The notes beneath the pieces were generated by a model. The model worked only from the letters and a program-made list of their open reading frames with translations. It made no database searches and was not told where the DNA came from. Below are positions 56,748-64,000 of a DNA stretch of 64,000 nucleotides, piece by piece (positions within the stretch are counted from its first letter, which is position 1; every line of letters starts with the position of its first letter). Made by a program: the position numbers and the translations under genes. The stretch comes from an uncultured bacterium (GTDB lineage: Bacteria > Desulfobacterota > Binatia > HRBIN30 > CADEER01): contig CADEER010000012.1 in NCBI GenBank assembly GCA_902826395.1, forward strand, positions 5,049-69,048. The letters run 5' to 3'.

Positions 56748-57590
56748 ATGCCCAAGGGACACGACATGACGAAGCTCGACATTCTGAGGGCTAGCGAACC
56801 GTGGCAGTGGCCGGAGGACGCGGCCGCGACGCTGCTTGACGTCCTGCGCGACCGCGAGGGCAGCGACGACAGCTTGTTCCTCGCCGCCGAGCTGGCCGGC
56901 GATCTTCCCGACCTCGACGAGGGTGTCGCCCTGGCGTTGCTCGGGATCGCTGGCGACGCGCGATGCTCCGAGCGATCTCGCTGCGCAGCGACAGCGTCGC
57001 TCGGGCCGCTGTTGGACAACGCGGAGATGGAGGGCTTCGAGGACGATCTCTCCGGCCCGGCGGTTTCGCAGACGACCTTTCGAGAAATCTGCGATGGCTT
57101 GGAATCCCTGTATCGAGACGCCGCCGCATCGAAGACACTGCGCCGGCGCGCCCTGGAGGCTTCGTGCATGGCGTCGCGCGACTGGCATCCGGCGGCGGTG
57201 CGCGCCGCTTACGCCAGCGGCGATGCCGAGTGGCGGCTCACGGCCGTGTTCTCCATGCGTTTCATCAATGGGTTCCTCAAGGAGATCCTCACGGCGCTGT
57301 CGGATGAAGACGAGTATATCCGGCGCGAGGCGTTGCTCGCCGCCGGTAACTGGGAAATCGAAGAGGCATGGCCACAAGTTGCCGAACTGCTCTCGGCAGG
57401 CGATACGGCGCGACCGTTATTGCTGGCCGCCATCGAAGCGGCGCCGACTATCGCGCCGGCTGCGGAGCTAGTTCTACTCTCCGATCTGGCGGACGACCGG
57501 GACGACGAGATCGCCGACGCGGCTGCGGAAGCAATGATGCTCGCGGAGCAACTCCGTGGCTTCGAGGAGTCGTTCGACGACGACGATTGA
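56748..57590 (+). CDS. HEAT/ARM-like repeat hypothetical protein with an acidic C-terminus
   Basis: The 280-aa ORF has repeated helical LLxAA/EA motifs and ends in EESFDDDD. No enzymatic motif was seen. Confidence 0.55.
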   Translation: MPKGHDMTKLDILRASEPWQWPEDAAATLLDVLRDREGSDDSLFLAAELAGDLPDLDEGVALALLGIAGDARCSERSRCAATASLGPLLDNAEMEGFEDDLSGPAVSQTTFREICDGLESLYRDAAASKTLRRRALEASCMASRDWHPAAVRAAYASGDAEWRLTAVFSMRFINGFLKEILTALSDEDEYIRREALLAAGNWEIEEAWPQVAELLSAGDTARPLLLAAIEAAPTIAPAAELVLLSDLADDRDDEIADAAAEAMMLAEQLRGFEESFDDDD

Positions 57591-57636
57591 ATCCCTTGCG
57601 AACTACCCGCCGACGATGACGAACTCGAGGCCGGTG

Positions 57637-57834
57637 TCAGCCAGACTCTCGAGGAGCTTTAGAAAGTCGACGTGCATAACGGGGATTCTGCTCGACGAAC
57701 GCGCTCTCCAATTCGCGCAGGGCGTTTACGGCAGCGGAAAGCGCGTCGAGGCGGCGGGTGAACGTCTCGGGCGTCAGCGCCGGCGACTCGGACGCCACCG
57801 CCTGCCGCCGATCCTGTAACACCCTTGACGACAC
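57637..57834 (-). CDS. Small hypothetical ORF downstream of copA (possible small regulator)
   Basis: The 65-aa ORF MSSRVLQDRRQAVASESPALTPETFTRRLDALSAAVNALRELESAFVEQNPRYARRL is helical and has no Cys. It is on the same strand as copA, 110 nt downstream. Support is weak. Confidence 0.2.
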   Translation of the reverse strand: MSSRVLQDRRQAVASESPALTPETFTRRLDALSAAVNALRELESAFVEQNPRYARRLSKAPRESG

Positions 57835-57942
57835 GCCGGGATGATCGCAGGGCAGCCCGACCCATGCAATCGGCGATCCGCATCGACGCTTTGGGAACCT
57901 GTCGTCCGGAGCGATCAGATGCCGGCGTTCGGCGATGGACAG

Positions 57943-60296
<2,354 letters not shown>

Positions 60297-60300
<4 letters not shown>

Positions 60301-63300
60301 ATCGTCCCTCGTGTGTCTCGCGGCTCGTCGTGTTGCTCGGTGAGATGCCAACCTTTCCATAGAAAGAAGATCGCCGGATAGACGAGCAGCTCGAGCAGGA
60401 ACGAGCTCGCCAGGCCGCCGATCATCGGCGCGGCGATGCGCCGCATCACGTCGGCCCCTGTGCCGGTCGCCCACATCACCGGCAAGAGGCCGAGGAAGTC
60501 CGTCAGCACCGTCATCAGTTTCGGACGGATTCGCTGCGCCGCACCGTCGACGATAGCCTCCCGCAGGTCGGCGCGATCGTTCAATCGCCCTCCCGCTACG
60601 GCGCGCTCGTGCGACAGCTTCAGGTAGAGGAGCATCACCACTCCGGTCTCGGCGTCGAGTCCCGCCAGTGCGATCAAGCCGACCCACACCGCGACGCTGA
60701 GGTTGTAGTCGAGCCAGTAGAGAAGCCATACCGCGCCGATCAGAGAGAACGGCACGGCGAGGAGCACGATCGCCACCTCGGCCGCCGATTGGGTGCTCAA
60801 GTAGAGCAACAGGCAGATGATGGCCAAGGTCACGGGGACGACGATCTTCAGTCGCTCGATGGCGCGCTCGAAGTACGTGAATTGCCCCGCCCATTCGATG
60901 CGAGTACCCGCCGGTAGTTGTACCCGCTCGCTCACCACCTCGCGCGCCTCGGCGACGTAGTCGGGGATCGGCCGACTGCCGGTGTCGACGAATACGTAGC
61001 CCACCAGTTTCCCGGCCTCGCTGCGAATCATCGGCGGCCCGACGTTCGTTTGGATCGTCGCCACCTGCCCGAGCGGCACTTGGGCACCGTCCGATGCCGC
61101 GACCAATAGGCGAGATAGTTGCTCCGGATCGTCGCGGAAGTCGCGCGCATACGAGATGCTCACCGGATAGCGCTGGCGACCTTCGACCGTTTCGGTCACC
61201 CGCATGCCTCCGACTGCGGTCCGGATGACTTCGTTGACGTCGGCGGCGCGCACTCCGACGCGGGCGGCGCGCTCGCGGTCGATCGCTACGTCGACGTAGA
61301 AGCCGCCGGTCGATCGATCGGCAAAGGCGCTGCGCGTGCCGTCGATCTGCGCGACTACCTTTTCGATCGCGATGGCGGTGCGCTCGATCGTCTGCAGATC
61401 GTCGCCGAAGATCTTGATACCGAGCGGGCTGCGGATACCCGTCGACAGCATCTCGGTACGCGTCTGAACCGGCATCCACCAGATGTTCGGCATGCCGGGA
61501 TAGACCAGCGCACGGTCCATCTCGTCGATCAGTGCGTCCCAGGTCAGGCCCTCGCGCCACTCGCTCCTGGGCTTCAGCGTGACCACGGTCTCCACCATGC
61601 CGATCGGCGCCGGATCGGTGGCCGTCCGCGCCCTCCCCATCTTGCCGAAGACGGTCAGCACCTCCGGAAACTCCTTCAGCCTGCGATCCATCGACTGCAG
61701 GATCATCGTAGCCTCGCTGGTCGACATGCCGGGCGGGGCGGTCGGCATGTAGAGAAGCACGCCTTCGTTCAGCGGCGGCATGAACTCGCCTTCGAGCTGC
61801 AGGAGAGCCCAGCCGGTGGGCAGCATGGCCAGAAAAGCCAGGGCGATCACCGTGCGCGGAATCCTGATGACGGCGCACACGACCGGCGCGTAGGCGCGAA
61901 CGAGCCAACGGTTGAGCGGATTCGTTTGCTCGCGATGTGCGCGTCCTCGGATGAGGAGTGCGGCGAGCGCGGGTGTCAGCGTCACCGCTAGAATGGCGCC
62001 GAACCCCATCGAGTAGGTCTTGGTGAAGGCGAGTGGGCGAAACAGGCGGCCCTCGACGCCCTGCAGTGTGAAGACGGGTAGGAACGCCACCGCGATCACG
62101 AGCAGCGAGAAGAAGATGCTCGGCCCGACTTCCTGCATTGCCTCGATCAGCACCGTCGATCGATCGCCCTGTCCGCCGCTCTCCTCCCAATCGGCGAGTC
62201 GCTTGTGGATGTTCTCGATGATGATGATCGAAGCGTCGACCATGGCGCCGATCGCCACCACGATGCCGCCCAGGGACAAGATGTTTACGGTCAGTCCCTG
62301 AATCGACATCGGGATGAACGCCAGCAGCACGGCGAGGGGCAGGGTGAGGATCGGCACCAGGGCGCTGCGCACGTGCAACAGGAAGAGAAAGATGATCGCG
62401 CCGACGATCAGCATCTCCTCCAACAAGGCGTCGCGCAGCGTGGCGACTGACTCCTCGATCAAGCTGGAGCGGTCGTAGGTAATCACGACCTCGACTCCGT
62501 CCGGCAGGCTGCCCTGGATCTGCGCCAATCTCTCCTTGACCGCATCGATCACGTTCAGAGCGTTCTCGCCGTGGCGCATGATGACGATGCCGCCGACCGC
62601 TTCGCCACGCCCGTTCAACTCGGCGAAGCCGCGGCGGCTCGCAGGCCCCACCTGCACGACCGCGACATCGCGCAGACGAATCGGCGTGCCGCCGCTGCCC
62701 ACTCTGAGGGGAATCGACTCGAGGTCGGCGATTGAGCGCAGATAGCCGCGGCCGCGCACCATGTACTCGTGCTCGGCGAGGTCGAGCACCTGGCCGCCCG
62801 CGTCCTCGTTGGACTCGCGCACGGCTTGCACGATGTCCCGCAGGCGGACGTCGTACGCGCGCAGCGCGACCGGATCGAGGAGGATTTGATACTCCTTGAC
62901 GAAGCCGCCGACGGAAGCGACCTCGGCGACGCCGGGCACACTCTCCAGCGCGTAGCGGATTATCCAATCCTGCAGGGTGCGCAGCTCTTGCAGATCCGTC
63001 TGGCCGGTCTCGTCGACCAGAGCGTACTGGAAGACCCAGCCGACGCCGGTTGCATCCGGCCCGAGGGTCGGCGTGACGCCGTCGGGCAAGCTACCCTGTA
63101 CCTCGTTGAGATATTCGAGGACGCGCGAGCGCGCCCAGTAGATGTCGGTGCCGTCCTCGAACACGACGTACACGAAGGACATCCCGAACATCGATTGACC
63201 GCGCACGTACTTCACCTGCGGTGCCGACAGCAGGGTCGACGAGATCGGGTACGTCACCTGATCTTCGATGATGTCCGGGCTCTGTCCGTCCCACTCGGTG

Positions 63301-63449
63301 AAGATGATCACCTGTGTGTCGGATAGATCGGGGATGGCATCGAGCGGCGCGCCGATCATCGCGAACCAGCCCCAGACGCCGAGCCCGATCGACAGCAAGA
63401 TGGTCAGCAGTCGGTTGCGCGCACACGCTTCGATCACGCGCGCGATCAT
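60297..63449 (-). CDS. cusA: CusA/CzcA-family heavy-metal efflux RND transporter
   Basis: The 1050-aa product has 12 TM helices and two large periplasmic loops. It is collinear with CusA from the N-terminus [20 protein letters not shown] to the C-terminus. Confidence 0.9.
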
Positions 63450-64000
63450 TTCCAGTGCTCCATGTCGAGCTTCAATCGGCTCTCGGCTGCCACCAGGAAG
63501 TTTCCGGAAGTGACGACCGAGTCACCGGCCTCGATGCCGTCCAGCACTTCGATCCAGTCGCCACTCTTGCGGCCGATCTGAATCGATCGCGGCGCGAGGC
63601 GGCCCTCGCCGAGGTCGAGAAAGACGAATTGTCGCTCGCCGGCGTACAGCACCGCGTCGGAAGGCACGACGAGAGCCTCGCCGAGCTGCTTTTCGATCTC
63701 GACGTCGACGTACATGTCCGGCCGCAGCGCCAGCTCGGGGTTGGCGATCTCGGCGCGGATGCGGCCGGTGCGCGTCGCGCCGTCGAGATAGGGATAGACG
63801 AAGGCGATCTCGCCTTCGAGGGTGCCGCCCGGCGTGTACGGCATGCGCACCGTCACCGGATCGCCGGGAGCGAGCAGCGGCAGGTCGGACTCGTATACGT
63901 CCGCCTCGACCCAGACGCGGTCGAGATCGGCGATGCGATAGAGACGCGCGCCCGGTTCGACAGTGGCGCCGGCGACGACGTTCTTTTCGACCACGTGTCC
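63446..64000 (-). CDS. cusB: CusB-like RND efflux membrane fusion protein (C-terminal part; 5' end beyond the window)
   Basis: Beta-barrel/MP domain motifs of the periplasmic adaptor subunit (VVPSDAVLYAGERQFVFL...GDWIEVLDGIEAGDSVVTSGNFLV). Its stop overlaps the cusA start (ATGA). Confidence 0.8.
   Translation of the reverse strand, partial: GHVVEKNVVAGATVEPGARLYRIADLDRVWVEADVYESDLPLLAPGDPVTVRMPYTPGGTLEGEIAFVYPYLDGATRTGRIRAEIANPELALRPDMYVDVEIEKQLGEALVVPSDAVLYAGERQFVFLDLGEGRLAPRSIQIGRKSGDWIEVLDGIEAGDSVVTSGNFLVAAESRLKLDMEHWK

Overview
This is a high-GC (~69-70%) bacterial window with very little non-coding space and many translationally coupled genes (ATGA/GTGA start-stop overlaps). Positions 1-23.6 kb hold a large envelope-glycosylation locus. 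It contains at least seven large polytopic, GT-C-like membrane proteins (including one DUF2723-like and three tandem paralogs of ~680-720 aa), two membrane-anchored SGNH/GDSL hydrolases (one split by a TPR insertion), a flippase-like (LPG-synthase TM family) protein, an NPP-type alkaline-phosphatase-family lipoprotein, and a nucleotide-sugar module. The nucleotide-sugar module is UDP-sulfoquinovose synthase (sqdB), an NAD-dependent epimerase, a DPM1/GtrB-like polyprenyl-phosphate glycosyltransferase (GT2) and a SAM methyltransferase. Together these look like an expanded three-component (GT2 + flippase + GT-C) periplasmic glycosylation system that may use a sulfosugar. This is the most novel-looking system in the window. 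The rest is housekeeping and accessory: Zn-ADH, epoxide hydrolase, Lon, a Rieske oxygenase, an unusually long tandem-duplicated UvrA (1868 aa), PFK, SDR, an APH-like kinase, and a CoxD-like MoxR ATPase with its CoxE-like VWA partner 7.7 kb away. Between those two sits a 0.57-kb lower-GC insert encoding an 18-Cys secreted protein, flanked by a duplicated 3' end of the MoxR gene. Also present: rnk, a PepSY-flanked OmpR/HK two-component system, an MpaB-family oxygenase, a TerC gene with a riboswitch-like leader, chrA, a PQQ-dependent sugar dehydrogenase-like protein, Rrf2 + WS/DGAT, pepN, and a cusB-cusA-copA metal efflux operon. No rRNA, tRNA or CRISPR were seen.
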